64,000 nucleotides of DNA from Phaeosaccion multiseriatum (Eukaryota > Protista > Ochrophyta, other classes). The translations under genes were made by a program, and so were the position numbers. The notes beneath the pieces were generated by a model. The model saw only the letters and a program-made list of their open reading frames with translations, made no database searches and was not told the DNA's origin. The stretch covers positions 1,178,001 to 1,242,000 of the forward strand of contig OZ218962.1 in NCBI GenBank assembly GCA_965112735.1, given 5' to 3'. Numbering within the stretch: position 1 is the stretch's first letter; each line of letters opens with the position of its first letter. This document shows positions 1 to 13,432 of the stretch, one piece after another.

Positions 1-87
1 GGCAGACAGGCAGGCAGACAGGCAGGTAGGCAGGTAGGCAGGCAGGCAGGCAGACAGGCAGGTAGACAGACGGGCAGGCAGACAGGC
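1..87. repeat. (GGCA/GACA)n intronic microsatellite
   Basis: Seen directly. Confidence 0.9.
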
Positions 88-204
88 ACGGAGAAGGTTA
101 GAGGTTCTCGGAATCTCAGGGCTTGGTGACGGACATTCGTACTCGGAAAGAGGCAAAAAGGTCCATACACACATACTCAGCACAGGAAAACAACCCCTTC
201 GTAC

Positions 205-898
205 CTCTGGCTTGACGCCTTTATATCCCTTCCAGCCCAACATGGGCTGCGGGGTGGGGTTAAGCTTGATCAGCTCGTGCGCGATTTCGATGGTCCGATT
301 GCCTGCTCCCGAAAGAGTGATGCTGTGTGGTGGATGAGGAGAAGAAAGTGAGCATCCCTTTGACCAGTTTCAAATAGAAGATATTGAACCGCTCATGTTT
401 ACAGCAAAGACATACAGAAACTCACCTCTGTGCGGAGACACTCTCCGCACTCACGAGCCCGTCAAGCCTCTCCCCTATGCTCTTCTTTGCCTTCTTCTTC
501 CCCTCATCTTCCTTTTCCTTGCCTTTCTCCTTTCCCTTGCCCTCTTCTTCCGCTGCATCCTCTTCATCTTGCAGCTCTCTCTCTAGTTTCCACAAACGCG
601 CTTGCTGGGCCTTCCACTCATCACACGCCGCCAATAGCTCCTTCTTAAGCCTCTCGCGCTCCTCTCCCTTTTTTGTATCTTCTTCCACTACACTAGCGGC
701 GCCCGTCGAGGAGGCTGCCGGGGCGGAGGCAGCAGAAGCAAGGGTGTATCCTCTTCCTCTCACAGGACGAGCAGCAGCGCGTGGCAAGGGGGTTGTGCTG
801 AACGAGGATACGGAGGGGAACATAAGGCAGAGAGCAAAGAGGAGGCATCCTCTCCTTCTCTTCTGCCCTGGCGGCGCTACTCTTTCTCGCCACATCAC
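205..898 (-). CDS. Plastid PAP/fibrillin-family protein, 5' part (exons 898-426 and 322-205; continues off the left edge)
   Basis: N-terminal hydrophobic signal ending VSS|F followed by an S/R/A-rich transit-like region. Spliced product reads ERLKKELLAACD...TIEIAHELIKLNPTPQP, the typical fibrillin N-terminal signature. GT-AG intron 425-323 keeps the frame. Confidence 0.72.
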
Positions 899-1090
899 TC
901 CTTTACTTCTTGGCTCTCTTTTCTTTTTCTTTATTAAAAATCATCCATCTTCCCGCAGTGTGCGAACAGCGTACCACCAATGCGCCAACTCACAGATTCT
1001 ACCCGGACGAGCCGAACGCAAAAAACACCCTTTCCTTTTCCTCCTCTCCCCCCCTCCCTGCGCTATGCTTTATTCGTGTAGTCCCCGGAA

Positions 1091-4000
1091 ATGGAGGCTC
1101 TGAGCCTGAAGGAGCGCCTCTTCGACCTGCAGGCCTTTGCAGAGCGGGTCAGCAGCGCGGCGGAACACTTGGGCACGTACACGTCTTCCTTGTCCTCCTC
1201 CTTCGCGGCTAGTAGGAGGAGTACCGCCGTAGAGGTGGGGTGGGGAAGTGAGCTGGGGGGGGGGGGTCTTAAATACAGCCACGACTTCTCCGCTGATCTC
1301 TCTGGTCTTCACAGCATTTATAAAGTCCAAACCCCCCTCTCTCTCTCTTACTGAGCAGGCAGCAGAGGCTGATGAGCAGCGGAGGCAGTTGCAAGTCCTC
1401 CTCGGAGGCCTGAAGGATGCAGTGAACGACCTCATAGCTATCGCGGCTGCTCATCCTTCCAGACTGGGGTAAGGGGGCAAAGAGGAGAACGGGGGGAGTC
1501 CGGCGCTGCTCACTCCCAACGCCCCAGATGTTACTCCTCGACACCAACGTTTCTCAGGCCAGCTCCTTCCTAGAGGCCTCTCATGCTCATATGTTGGCTT
1601 TCTTGCCCCTCCCCCCCCCCCTCCTCCTCTCTCTCTCCCTCTGTCTCTTGCCCGTCTCCCCGTCCGTCTTTTGTCGTGGGCGGCTCTCTCTACCACCGCG
1701 TGTGTGTCCCCTAGACGAGGCTATGTGGCGGGCTCATCCGAACCGTTTGTACGAGCGCTGTGTGAGGCGTTGGAACGCTGCCTCTTCTTCGGAGGGTCCG
1801 GTACCGCCGATCACGCCTTCTGGGAGGTCCTGCAGCTATGGGAGGAGGAGAAGGCGCAGCAGCTGGTGAAACAGGGGCACGGGCAGGGGCAGGGGCAGCG
1901 GCACCAACAGCTGAACAGCACCTCCCTCAATGTTCCTTCCGCTACGGCGCAGACGGTCGGGGTGCTACCGCACGTGCGGAGTGAGAGGGGGAGGTGCAGG
2001 GCATGGGTGAGGGCCCTCCTTCATCACCGAAGGGTGTCCGACATTGCTGCAGAGCTCGAGGCCGTGCGACTCAGATGGGCGGAAGTGAGGCACAAGGACA
2101 GCGATGGGGCGTGGTGGGCGGCAGGTGATATTGCAGCAGCAACAGCACCAGCACCAGCAGGAGCGGCAGAAGTAGCATCAGCACCAGGGGAGTCAGGACT
2201 TGTTCGAGCAGCAGCAGGAGTTTCGGGACGGGAGAGGGGGACAGAGCAGCAGGAGGGGGTAGAGGAAGACCGGGAGGGGGGGATAGGGGCAGGAGAGAGG
2301 CAAGGTTCCGAGGGCCGAGGAGCCACCCACGAGGAAGACAGAAGGAGAGAGGAAGGAGGGCAGGGAGGAGGAGGAGTAGGAGGAGGACACGTGAGGGGAC
2401 TAGAGGCCTCGTCAACCCTGCCTGAGAGCGACGTTCATAGGCCGGGTGGTGATACGACGGCATCACTCAGCCCGGAGAAAAGAAGGGCAACCAGCATCCA
2501 CGGCGAGGATTCAGATTTGATCGACAACAGTGGAGGCGGAGGGGATGGTGAGGCAGCTGCTCCTACTACCATTCACGCCAATGGTGTCGAAGGAGCAGCG
2601 CGAAGTGAGAGAGCCGTTAAGACAGAGAGTATGGTACCGGATGGAGGGAGCAGGAGCAGGAGGAGGAGCACATCATCCAAAGCCAACGCCCACACAGTCA
2701 CCGAGGTGAACAACAAACAGGGGGCCGTGAGCGAAGTGCTTCCTCTGTGGCTGAGGAGTATCGACAGCGCCGCACTGGATGGCATTATGGCCTGCCTCTT
2801 GCCTCTGGAGGGAGTGTTGGAGGAGCGAGACCTCTCCTTCCGACTGTGCCTTGACGACCGCGCACTGGATAGGGAGGACGTCACCCCCACGGTCACGTAC
2901 TGGTGAGACGGAGCTTCTGTTTCAGTTTCAGTTTCAGTTTCAGTTTTAGAGTATTGTTTGTTGGGTTCTGCCCGTGCCAGGCAGTGAATGATTGTCACTC
3001 ATGAGGTCGGTCGATGCGTGAGGCTGTAGGCTGTATGTACCAGGCTATGACCCGTCCCGTCCCCTCTCTCGTTTCTCTCTCTCTCTCTCTCTCTCTCCCT
3101 TTGTCTCTATCAATCCCTCTCTCTCTGCTCTCTCTCCCCGTTTCCCTGTCCTGTGTCCCTCTCTTTGTCTGTCTCTGTCTCTCTCTCTCATCTCTCTCTG
3201 TCTGTCTTTGTCTCTCTCTTCCCCTCTTAATTATAGCTGGCCGGGCTTTGACAGGGCGCGTTTCCGAATCACGGTGCTCAATGCAGGAGTCGAGGGTGCG
3301 TGCGGCGAGTACCGAGAGATGGAACTGGAAGGTGGGAGGGAGCGCAAGAGGGAGAGCTTGTGTGTAGACAATAATAACGTCATGAGGGCAGCAGCGAACG
3401 AGAGGGGCGCCGCTGCTGCTAATGCTCCCGGGACGAACGAGAGGGGATTGGCTTCATCGCCGGACTGTGCTGTAGATACATGGGGAAGAGGGGAGGAGAA
3501 GAGAGGAGGACAAGACGCTGAGAAGGAGAAGAGGAGGAGGCACGAGGAGGAGGAGAGAGAAGAGGAGGGTCTAGAGGAGGAGGAGGAGAAGGAGGAAGGA
3601 TACAATGAAAAGGAGAGCGAGCTTCTTCTCTCGAGCAGTTCGAGGAGTGAGACCCCTTCCTCTTCCTCCGAAACTCTTGGCAATGATCATCCTCCACCCG
3701 TTGGTGGCAAGGTGGACGGGGCGAGGGACAACAGTGCTGCACACAGTAGCAGCGAGGGGAGGGTAGGTTGCTTTCGCCGAAAGGAGTTCGAGATACGGAG
3801 GATGGATGTCACAGGTGGCGGTGGCGGCCTTGTCCTGAGAGACAATGTACATGTGCATATCGACCCCACAGCGACAGGAGGTGAAGGCAGTGGTGGTGGT
3901 GGTGGTGGTGGTGGTGGTGGTGGTGGTAGTGGTAGTGGTAGTGGAGGAGAAGGAGGCGGAGGAGGCGGAGGAGGCGGAGGAGGTGGTGGTGGGATCGGAA

Positions 4001-7000
4001 GGAGAAGAAGCGAGAGGCGTACATATTGGGTACTCGTGAGGCATTGTCATCGGGCAAGGAAAGAGAGCGGGATCCGGCACGGCGGCAGTGATGGTGAATG
4101 CACTGGGGGGGTGCACCATGAGGGAGAGGAGGACAAGCAACCGCGGCAGCAGTTGGTGATACAGCAGCAGCAGGAAGAGGGTGAGAGGGGAGGGAGGGGA
4201 CAATCCGGGCACACGACCGCCTCTGCACCTCCTTCTGAGTACACTGCTGCTGCTTCTACTGCTACTACTACCACTGCTGCTGCTGCTTCTGCTGCTGCTG
4301 CTTCTGGTGATGAAGATGATGGTGATGCAGCTGCTGCTACTGACGTGGAGCTGCTTTACTTTTGCCGCGGCGAGGGCCTCCTCCCCCCTGCACGTGGCTG
4401 GCAGTGTGCCTACCCCTACCCCTACCCCTACCCGCCCGCTTCACAACCCCTAGCGAGCGGAGGGCACGCAGCAGCAGCAGTAGCCGTTGGTGATACAGCA
4501 GCAGCCGTTGGTTATCCAGCAGGCTTACTCCCCGCACCGACGCTGGCGTATTCCGTGGCCCCTTTTGTGGCACCAACTGCTGCACCATCCTCATCGACTA
4601 ACGGGGGGGAGGCGAATGGCAATGGCTTCAGAGAGGGTCTTGGAGGGGAGGGGGGACAGCAGCAGCTGACCATGGCCCTTGCATTTCCTCCTTTGGTGGG
4701 GCAGCCGCAGCAGCAGCAAGCCGAGGGGGATGGCGGGGAGAAACAGCATGCACGAGGCATGACAGACCAGGGGAGGGCATTTATAGCAGCACTCGATCCG
4801 ACCCTGTTGCGACGGCACAATGAGGAGATAGAGGAGCGTCCGCCTAGAGAGGATAGGGGGGGGGGTACGGGCAGTAAGGGGACGGAGGAGGCGGTAGTAG
4901 GGACAGCAGCTGCTCCTCCTTCTCCTCCTCCTCCTCCGGACCCCACTCTCTCTCTCTCTTCCCTCTCAGTCCCCTGCTGTGATGACGCCACCCGTGTTGT
5001 TGGGAGTGACGGGTTGGTGATGATGAGGAGGGGGAGGAGGAGAAGGAGGGTGGAAGGGCGCGGCCAGGACAGCGACAGAGACAGAGAAGCAACGCCAACC
5101 AAGAGAGATGAGGAGGAGGTCCGAGTGAATGCTCACGGTCCGCCGATGGGAGGCGACGACAACGAAGCACCAACTTGTGTGCCACCGAAACCAAGCGGGG
5201 GGGGGGTCCGAAGACGACGGGGACAGGAGGATAAGAGTGGGGGGGAGAAGGGAGAGGTGTACAGCATGTACAGCAGCCAGTGGAAGAAGAACAAGAGGAA
5301 GGTGTCGATGATTGAAGATGGCGAAGGAGTCGGAGAAGAGCGAGAGGGAGGGGAAGAGGTGTTGTTGCCAGGAGGTCAGGCCGCAGAGAAGCTGCGCACA
5401 GGGGTGGAGGCAGGAGGCGACCAGGAAGGACGCATTTCTCCCTTCGATGGAGGACGAAGGGGGGGCATGTATGGTGAGGAAAGCCATGATGCGGATGCCT
5501 CTCCTTCGAGTGCTGCTGCCTCAGCTACCACCGCTCACTCATTGTCCGCTGACAGAGTGAGTGGAAGAGGCGGAGGTAGTGGTGGTGGAAGAGGAGGAGG
5601 AGAAGGAGGAGGAGAAGAAGCTTCCAACACTTCCAGCCCTGTGCTGCTGATGTCCGACCCTGACCCTGACCTGGAGGAGGAGGAGGCGGCGTTTCTGAGT
5701 CAGGATTGGCGGTTACGTTGTTCGCCGCGCCGATGCAGGTCGAAAACGTCAGGCGTAGAGCAGGACGAGCATCAGCAGCAGAAGCAGTTGGTGATACAGT
5801 GGCAGCATGAACAGGAGGAAGGGAAGGAGAGAGAGGACGGTCAGGAGGAGGAGGAGGAGGAGGAGGAGGAGGAGGAGGAGTGGGGAAAGCGGCTTGAACG
5901 GCTTGTGCATCTCAGGCAGAGTGTTTGGGACACAAAGAGGGGCCTCTTTCGCGAGGTGAAGGCGCGCACAGAGGCCGCGAAAAGAGCGCGAAGGAGGATT
6001 TTGGAGCTCAGGGGGGGCGTGGCGACTGCTGGGGACGACGGGGAGATCAATATTGGACGTGATGTGTCAGAGAGAGGCGAGGCAGCAGCAGCAGCAGCTA
6101 ATGATATAGCAGTTGGTGGTACAGCGGGTGGTGATACAGCAGCAACGGTATTGGCGTTGGGGGGTAACGGAGGTGTGCCGGTCTTACATACGAATGTGTA
6201 CACAGGAAGCGATATGTCCAGCGTGGAGCGGGAAACGACTGTAGAGAGGATCTTGAGGGAGCGAGCCGCAGGAGGAGGAGGAGGAGGTGCAGGAGGGAAA
6301 GAAGAAGGTGGTAGGGAGGCGCCAGATGTAGGTATTTGTAGTGATGATGGTGATGATGATGACGATGATGAGGATGCGAACTGTGATGGGGAGGAAGGAG
6401 GCGATGCGAACGGGAAGGCAAGAGGGAGGAGGATAGATAGGGACAGAGACAGAGGCAGAGAGAAGGAGGGGGGCGGGGGTAGGGGCGAAGGGCAGCAGTC
6501 CCTGCTTGATCGTCTTGTGCTTGAAAAGATGGCAGCAGAACCAGTACATACAAAGACCAGGAGTAGGAAGAGAAGGCAGGTGGGGGTGGAGACAAAGGCG
6601 GGGACAGGCGCAGATGACGGTGAGATGACGACAGATTCGGCGTTGCGGCGTGGGCATCTTTCTCGCCGGGCGTCATGGACAGCGGGTGGAGGAGGAGGAC
6701 AGACGATGGACAGCAGGGGTGAGGAGGAGAGCCTCTGCAGTAGCAGCGAAGGCAGCCACGATTACAGCAGCGACTACGGCAGCAGTTTGGGCAGCAGCAG
6801 CCTCGGTAGCACATACCTCGGTCTTGGCAGTGATGACGACGATGGTGATGAGGACGCGTGGTTGGACAGGGAACAACAGGGGCAGGGCTGGACAGCACTC
6901 AGCGACGAATGCAACGAAGTTGGTGATACAGGTGTCAATCGCAATGAGGCGACATTCATGGGGCTTGCGGCTCCAAGGGCGGGAGGGGGCAAGGCCAAGG

Positions 7001-10000
7001 GGAAGCCCGGGGCTTCTTCGCGAGTTGGTGGTATGGTACAGTGGCCGTGGGCATCGTTTAGGCATCTGTGGACGAGAGAACGGAAGGGCCTGAGAGCCGT
7101 GCCTCGGAGTGTGGAGGTGAGGAGCGAGAGCGAGACGCGACGCGGCCTAACCTTCCTTTTAAAGTCAGGCTCCCTCTCCCTTCCCCCCCCTGCACAGAAT
7201 AGGCCTTGACTGACAGTCGCCATGAAGCTCTAATCTCTCTCTCTCTCTCCCATCTCCTCCGTCTATCTCTTTCTCTCTCCTTCCCTCTCTCTTCTCTGAC
7301 TCTCTATTTGGTGCGGTGTGCTGTGCGGTACTGTGTGTATCACCAACTGCTCTACTGTGGTGTGCTGTGGTGCAAAGGTTCTTGCTGCCAAGGTGGTGGG
7401 TGCAGACCGCAGTGACGCTCACATTGAGTACGTCATGCGAGTCACTTTTGATCACATCCAGACGGAGCGGGAGGGGGAGGGGAAGGAGGAAAGCGATCGA
7501 GGCTCGCAACAGCACGCCCATCCGCAGCAGGAGGGGGGCAAGGAGCGGACGAAGAGAAGCAGGTGTGTGCTGGTGTGGTGTGGTGTGTTTCAACGAATCC
7601 ATCCATTCATCCATCCACCTCGTCCACTAGTGTTTTAGTCCTACTCGACTCACTCCCTTACGGCCCTTCGTTCTCTTTGGCCTGCCTGCTTCCTACCCAT
7701 ATGCCTGCCTGCTTCCTACCCATATGCCTGCCTACTGCCTACCCATATGCCTTCCTTTCCGTATATGCCCGCCTGCCTAACCAAACGGTACATTTTACGT
7801 CACATGCAGAGAGCGCAGGAGCGAGGCCCACAAGCTTCACAAGCCTCGGGGTGGGGGTAAACGCCACCCTTCGTCGTCCTTGGGCAGCAGTAACAGCAAG
7901 AGCAAGAGTCTTATACGTCGGCATCACCGCGGCAGCGGCGCTGCGAGTGGTGGTGGTGGTGGGGATGGTGACGGTGGTGCTGCTGCTGGTACGGGTGAGG
8001 GTGGCAGCGTCCCTCCCTCCTCCTCCTCTTCCTCCTTACCTTACACTGGCGACGCCCAATACGACCACCGCGACCACGACAGGGACGTTGATGTGCACAT
8101 GCTCTGCAGCTTTGTGCGTACATCTGCTCGGCTCAGGCACCGGGTGCGCGTGGTACTCAAGCGCTTGTCTAGCCTCCTCTCTCTGCACGCCAGGCTAGAA
8201 ACCCTCCTGCGCCTTGAAGCAGCAGCGACGGAGGAGGACGAAGCGGCGTCCTCCTTCTCCTCCTCGACCTCGGACGACTTGTTACATACGAAGGATAAGG
8301 ACCAGGAGCAGTCTTCACCCCCCCCCACCCTCGCCCTCAGCCTCTCCCTACCACCCTTCCCAGACCCGTTCCAGGTGCGTGCGTACTTGCGTACCTTACG
8401 TCACTTCAGTTCAGTTCAGTTCAGTTCAGATTCATTGACTTCGGTCCGAGAAAACAAACATGTACGATACCATACGTAACCTTTACTTGACTCCCGCCCT
8501 CCTCCCTTCCTTTCCTGGACCGTTCCCCGGACCGTTCCCCGGACCATTCCCCGGACCGATCCGTCCCGTTCCACAGCTGGGTGTCCTGGAGGAGAAGGCG
8601 ATAGCGGTGCATTTGGACAAGCTCGCTCCGGCCTTCAAAGGCAGGCAGGCGCTGAGGACGCTTGTGGATGCCCAACGCGTGTACTTGTCCGATGTTCTCT
8701 CCTTCCTGCAGGCCCTCCTCCAGCAGGAGGGTCAGCAGGGTCACCAGCAGCAGCAGCAGCAGCAGCAGTTGGTGCTACAGCAGGAGAGTGAGCAGGACGA
8801 TCAGCAGTTGGTGATACAGCAGAAAGGTCAGGAGGGCCTGCGCAGATTCAAGAGAAGACTCTACAACAAGCTGGCGATGGCCCTGACGGACTTCGTTGGC
8901 TGCTGCGACGTGGAGGGGCAGAAGCGTGCCTCTGAGGATCTGAACGTGAGTTTAATGCAGCAGCTGGACCAGGCAGAGTTGGAGCACAGGCATCGACAGC
9001 AGCAGCAGCAGTTGGTGATACAGCAGCAAGAGGAAGCTCCGGCTGCGCCGTGGCGTGGGCGCGAGCGTGAGCCTCGGAGCTCCTCCTCTATTGTCACGAC
9101 GTTTTCATTCGACGAAACAGGGGAGAGAGACCCCACAGCTGTCACGAGCGTCCGCGGCAGCAGCTTTAGTAGCCGCAGTAGCAGCAGCAGCAGGAGTAGG
9201 AGCAGGAGGAGCAGCAGGACCACGACTACCACCGCTACTACCGGGGGGGGGGTCCACAAACACACCACCATCACCACCGCCACCAATCGCAGCAGCAGCA
9301 GCAGCAGCAGCAGCACCAGCACCAGTAGTGGCATGGGGCGAGCTATGGGAGCACTTGGAGGAGGGCTGGGGCGGGGGGGCGGTGGATCATCCTCCTCCTC
9401 CTCTTCTTCTTCCTCGAGAAAGCTCCTCAGCAGTTGGGAAGATGAAGACGGACAGCTCAAGAAGCAGAACGGCCGCTGCATGGGCTGCCGAAGGGATATC
9501 GAGGCAGAGTTCTTGGGCATGAAGAAGGACTACCGACCCTGCAGGTACGTGCGTGCGTGCGTGCGTGCGTGGGTGGGTGGGTGGACGGGACGCGACGGGA
9601 CGAGAGGGGAGAAGGGAGGAGAAGGGAGGGGAGGCTTGTAATTCACGAGGAGCTGTCCCTCCCTCTCCCCCCCAGCACACTGTGTACCTGCACCTGTTTC
9701 CTCCTCCTCCTCCTCCTCCTGGTGCTGCTGCTCTCATACCTTCCCCCACTGGTTGTGTGGTGTTACAAAACAGGTTTCTGGACGGCTTGTTTTGCAAAGA
9801 GTATTGCCACAGCGACGAGCACCGGGTCATTCCCCAGCGAGCCGTGTTCTTTTGGTGAGTGAGTTTCCAGTTCCGTTTTCAACTACAGTTTCGACACTTG
9901 CGCTTGCTCGGAATGAGGAGGGAAACGGCAACTCGGAAACGTAGAGCCCTTCTCTGGTCCGAGGTGGGCGGGGCGTAAGACTCCCCCAAGAGAGAGACAA

Positions 10001-11281
10001 ATGCAAGCATGCAGGCAAGCGAATTTTGCTCAAAGACTCTCTCTCTCTCTCTGCCCCCCTCGCTCTCTACCACCCCACGCGCCCGTCCACCTGCCCCTCC
10101 TGCCTCGTGTTCTCCTCTTCTCGCTTTGCGTGTGGCGAAACCAAACTTGTCCTCTGTCGAAATCAACCTTGCACTTGTCGAAATGAAACTGGCATCCCTG
10201 TCTACCAGGGACATGCAAACGCACCGAGTGTGCGACGCTGCGGCTCGCTTCCTTGACGAGACAAGGACCCTACCCCAGCTCTGTCTCTCAGCGCTCAATC
10301 CATCCCTCTTCGAGGAGCAGAAGGTGAGTGAGGCGGGTGGGTGTGGGTGTGGGTGTGTGGGTGAGTGGGTGAGTGGGCATGCATACCCATCTATCGTCCA
10401 CCTGCCTACCTTCCTCCCTACCTTGCTCCTTACCTTCCTCCCTCAGAACCTATCTACCTACCTACCTGCCTGCCTGCCTCCCTGCCTACTACCTACCCAC
10501 CTACCCACCTCCCTCCCCACCTACCTACCTGCCTACCTACCTACCTACCCACCTACCCTCCCTCCCCACCTACGTACCTACCTCCTTCCTCCTTCCTTTC
10601 TCTTCCTACCTGCTTTCCTATCTACGTACCTACCTACCTACCTACCTACCTACCTTCCCACCTCCCTCCCCACCTATCCACCTACCTACTTGCCCACCTA
10701 CCTACGTACCTACCTTCCTTCCTACTTGCTACTTACCTATCTACCTGCCTACCTACCTACCTACCTACTTACCTACCTACCTACCTACACGTCCACTTAT
10801 CTACCTAACCACATCTTTCGCCCTCTGCCCAGGCGCTGAGGGATGTGCGAGCCCTTCGCCTGAAGCTCTTGTCCATGCGGCAGCTCTTCCTTATGCCCTA
10901 TCACCACCACCACCACCACCACCAGCAGCAGCAGCAGCAGCAGCAGCGGCATGAACGTGAGGCCTCCTCTGGGCCCTCTCGAGGCGCTCTCGGGCGCTGC
11001 TCTGCCGCGTACGGCTTGCTCAAACTGAAACTCGGAGGGAAGATGCACCTCGCCGTGGACACGGAGGTGTACTCGATGGAGGTAAGGGGCATATATTGAC
11101 TTATGGGATTCAACCTAAGAGTTACGTAATTATGTGTAGAAGTAAGGCATCAGGAAGGGGGGGTGGTTAGGAGTGGGGTGATGGGTGGGTAGGAGAGGTG
11201 GGTAGGGAGGGGAGATGCGGCTCCCTTCTCCATCTGCTTTGCCTTGCCATCTGCCTGCCTGCCTGCCTACCTGCCTGCCTA

Positions 11282-11329
<48 letters not shown>

Positions 11330-12339
11330 CCACCTCCTCCTTACTTCATCCAACCCCCCCCAGGACTTGATCGCCACCAAGGACGGGTCGTTAGTGGAGC
11401 TTCTCTCCTCAGTCGTGCACGTGCTTTCTTCACACATCCTCCACGACTGCACTCTATGCAAGAGTAAGGGAAGGGTGTGTCTCCTCTGCAAGGAAGAAGA
11501 AGAAGAAGAAGGAGGAGGAGGAGGAGGAGGAGGAGGAGGAGGAGGAGGAGGAGGAGGAGGAGGAGGAGGAGGACTTCTGCGTAAGGCACACAGCTATGGA
11601 GCAAGCGGCGGGGTTGACAACGGCAGCAATAGTAGCAGCAGCACCATCCGGGGTCGTTGGCGGAGGAGCAGTAAGGACAAGCCTGTCCCGGGGGTAGAGG
11701 CCGGGGGCGAGGGGGAGGAGCAGCCTCCGGGGAGGAAGAAGGCAGCCGACAAGGCCACCACAGGGCTGGGGCTGATAGCGGCCATGTCGTGGGGAAAGCA
11801 CGTGCACTCTGCCCTGCACGGAGGAGACACAGGTGAAGACGTTGGAGGCGGAGGCGCAGGAGGAGGAGGAGGAGGAGGAGGAGGAGGAGGAGGGTGGGGC
11901 GGCCTGCACACCGATGCGCGCTCGCCACTGCTCTACGCCTTCATGACGGAGGAGGTTACACAATGCGGGTAAGAGGATGGAGCTGTGCTGTGCCTGTCGG
12001 GAAGCCTCGAAGCTGGAGAGGAGCGCCGTGCGGTGTGTGCGTAGCGTGTCCTTTCTTGTTCTCTCTCTGTGTATGTGTTTGTATACCTCTCTCTCTCTCT
12101 CTCTCCGTATCGCTCGGACCTCTTTTTTTCCCTCTTCTCTCGCTGTGTACGTATGTGCCCACGACCGACTGACGCTGAAACCGAAACTGCAACTGCCCCC
12201 CGCCCCCCCCCCCACACACACACCACTGGGCAGGTCCTGCCGGGAGCTCTTCCACAAGAGCTGCATACGATCGCGAGGCGAGGGTTTCCTGTGCCCTGCT
12301 TGCCACCCACCCCACCGCCCTCCACTCTCGCAGAGTTGA
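1091..12339 (+). CDS. Large multi-exon RUN + PX-like + Rubicon-homology (zf-RING_9/DUF4206) protein, Rubicon/PLEKHM1/DEF8-like
   Basis: RUN-like LCEALERCLFFG..FWEVL..GRCRAWVRALL at 1760-2030. PX-like VLAAKVVG..HIEYVMRVTF / VLKRLSSLLSLHARL / LPPFPDP at 7380-8370. RH domain QNGRCMGC..PCR|FLDGLFCKEYCH..IPQRAVFFW|D..VCDAAARFL..HILHDCTLCKSKGRVCLLC..QCG|SCRELFHKSC..CPAC at 9465-12305. Junctions checked are GT-AG with consistent phase. Confidence 0.85.
10400..10806. repeat. Degenerate (CCTA)n intronic microsatellite
   Basis: Seen directly, within intron 10324-10833. Confidence 0.9.
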
Positions 12340-12504
12340 GCAGAGATGTGTACATACACAAAGAAAATGGGTTATAAAACTTGAAGCTCTTCTCTGGTTA
12401 CAGCCCTCTGCCTGCCGCGGTGCCGGGGTGACACTCTTTCCTTGTGATACTCGTTCAAAGAGTCATGCGGTGTCCTATCTATTGTCTATTGTCCCTTTCT
12501 TTCG

Positions 12505-13154
12505 TCATTTGTCCCTCAGGTGCGGCTTCTTGTGCTTGAGGATCGCCACCAGCTGCTTGAGCTTCAGGATGCGGGCAGTGCGGCTGGCGCGATTCTTGTC
12601 CATCTGTCGCTGCAGAGTAGGCTTGTTGTACCTCCGCCCGGACTCCCTGTACAAGCAGATGCAGTCCAAGAGAAAGGAAGAACAAAAGTTGTGTGTGTCA
12701 AAAGAAAAAGAGAGCAGAGACAGCGTTCAGTGTCAGAGTATGCCGGCGAGAAACGAAGATAGGGAGGATACAAGCGTTACAACGAAGCGTAGCCCCTCTT
12801 TCCCTCTCATTCACCCCCCGTCCTTCGTTTCTCAACGTGCGAACGAACTTACATGTACAACCACTCCATGCCATCAATCTTCATCGCGTCCTCAATCTTG
12901 TCAAAGGCAATCCGGGTCGCCTTCTCTTGTGAAACCCGTACCCTCCCAAACTCATCCCTGATCTCCTTGGCAAACACCTTAATGCGAGTTCGCACGGCCC
13001 CTTCCGGCCGAGTTAAGGCCCCCAGGTGATCTGCCCACACCACCGTCGAACCACTGGGTGCACAAAGGCGATGCTGCGTGTCTTGACCCAAGCCTCGAGA
13101 CCCCAGAAGACTGGCCCCTCTCCTCCAAGACGCTGGAAGCTGTCGCAGCGCCAT
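12505..13154 (-). CDS. MRPS21: Mitochondrial ribosomal protein bS21m (exons 13154-12853 and 12646-12505)
   Basis: R-rich presequence-like N-terminus. Spliced sequence AFDKIEDAMKIDGMEWLYMESGRRYNKPTLQRQMDKNRASRTARILKLKQLV matches the S21 'RRY.KP...R' signature. Confidence 0.7.
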
Positions 13155-13432
13155 TTTTTAAGAGCACCGAGCAGCACTCCCTGACCAAACTTTTTTCTCT
13201 CTCCAACAATAATACCTCTACACAAAAGGATCCTGCACTTCCCCCTCCCCCTCCCTCCTTCTCGTGCCCTCCTTCTCCTCGATTTCCTCCCTGTCCGGTG
13301 CTGGTGTGGCCGTCTTTCTGTACATCGTCGTAGAGGGGGCGTGTCGTGGTTTCCAGGCCGACATGGACCCAGAGTTGGGCACTGTCCTCGTTCTCCTCCC
13401 GATTCTCGTCTTGTTCCTTCCTCTCTGTCCGG

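Noticed and set aside
2900-2910. In-frame TGA after W codons (also 9856) as possible selenocysteine or readthrough
   Set aside because: Both are TG|GTGAG splice donors, and the frame continues in the next exon.
4153-9023. CRISPR-like interpretation of the recurring TTGGTGATACAG motif
   Set aside because: Too short, irregularly spaced, on both strands, inside eukaryotic exons, and no cas genes.
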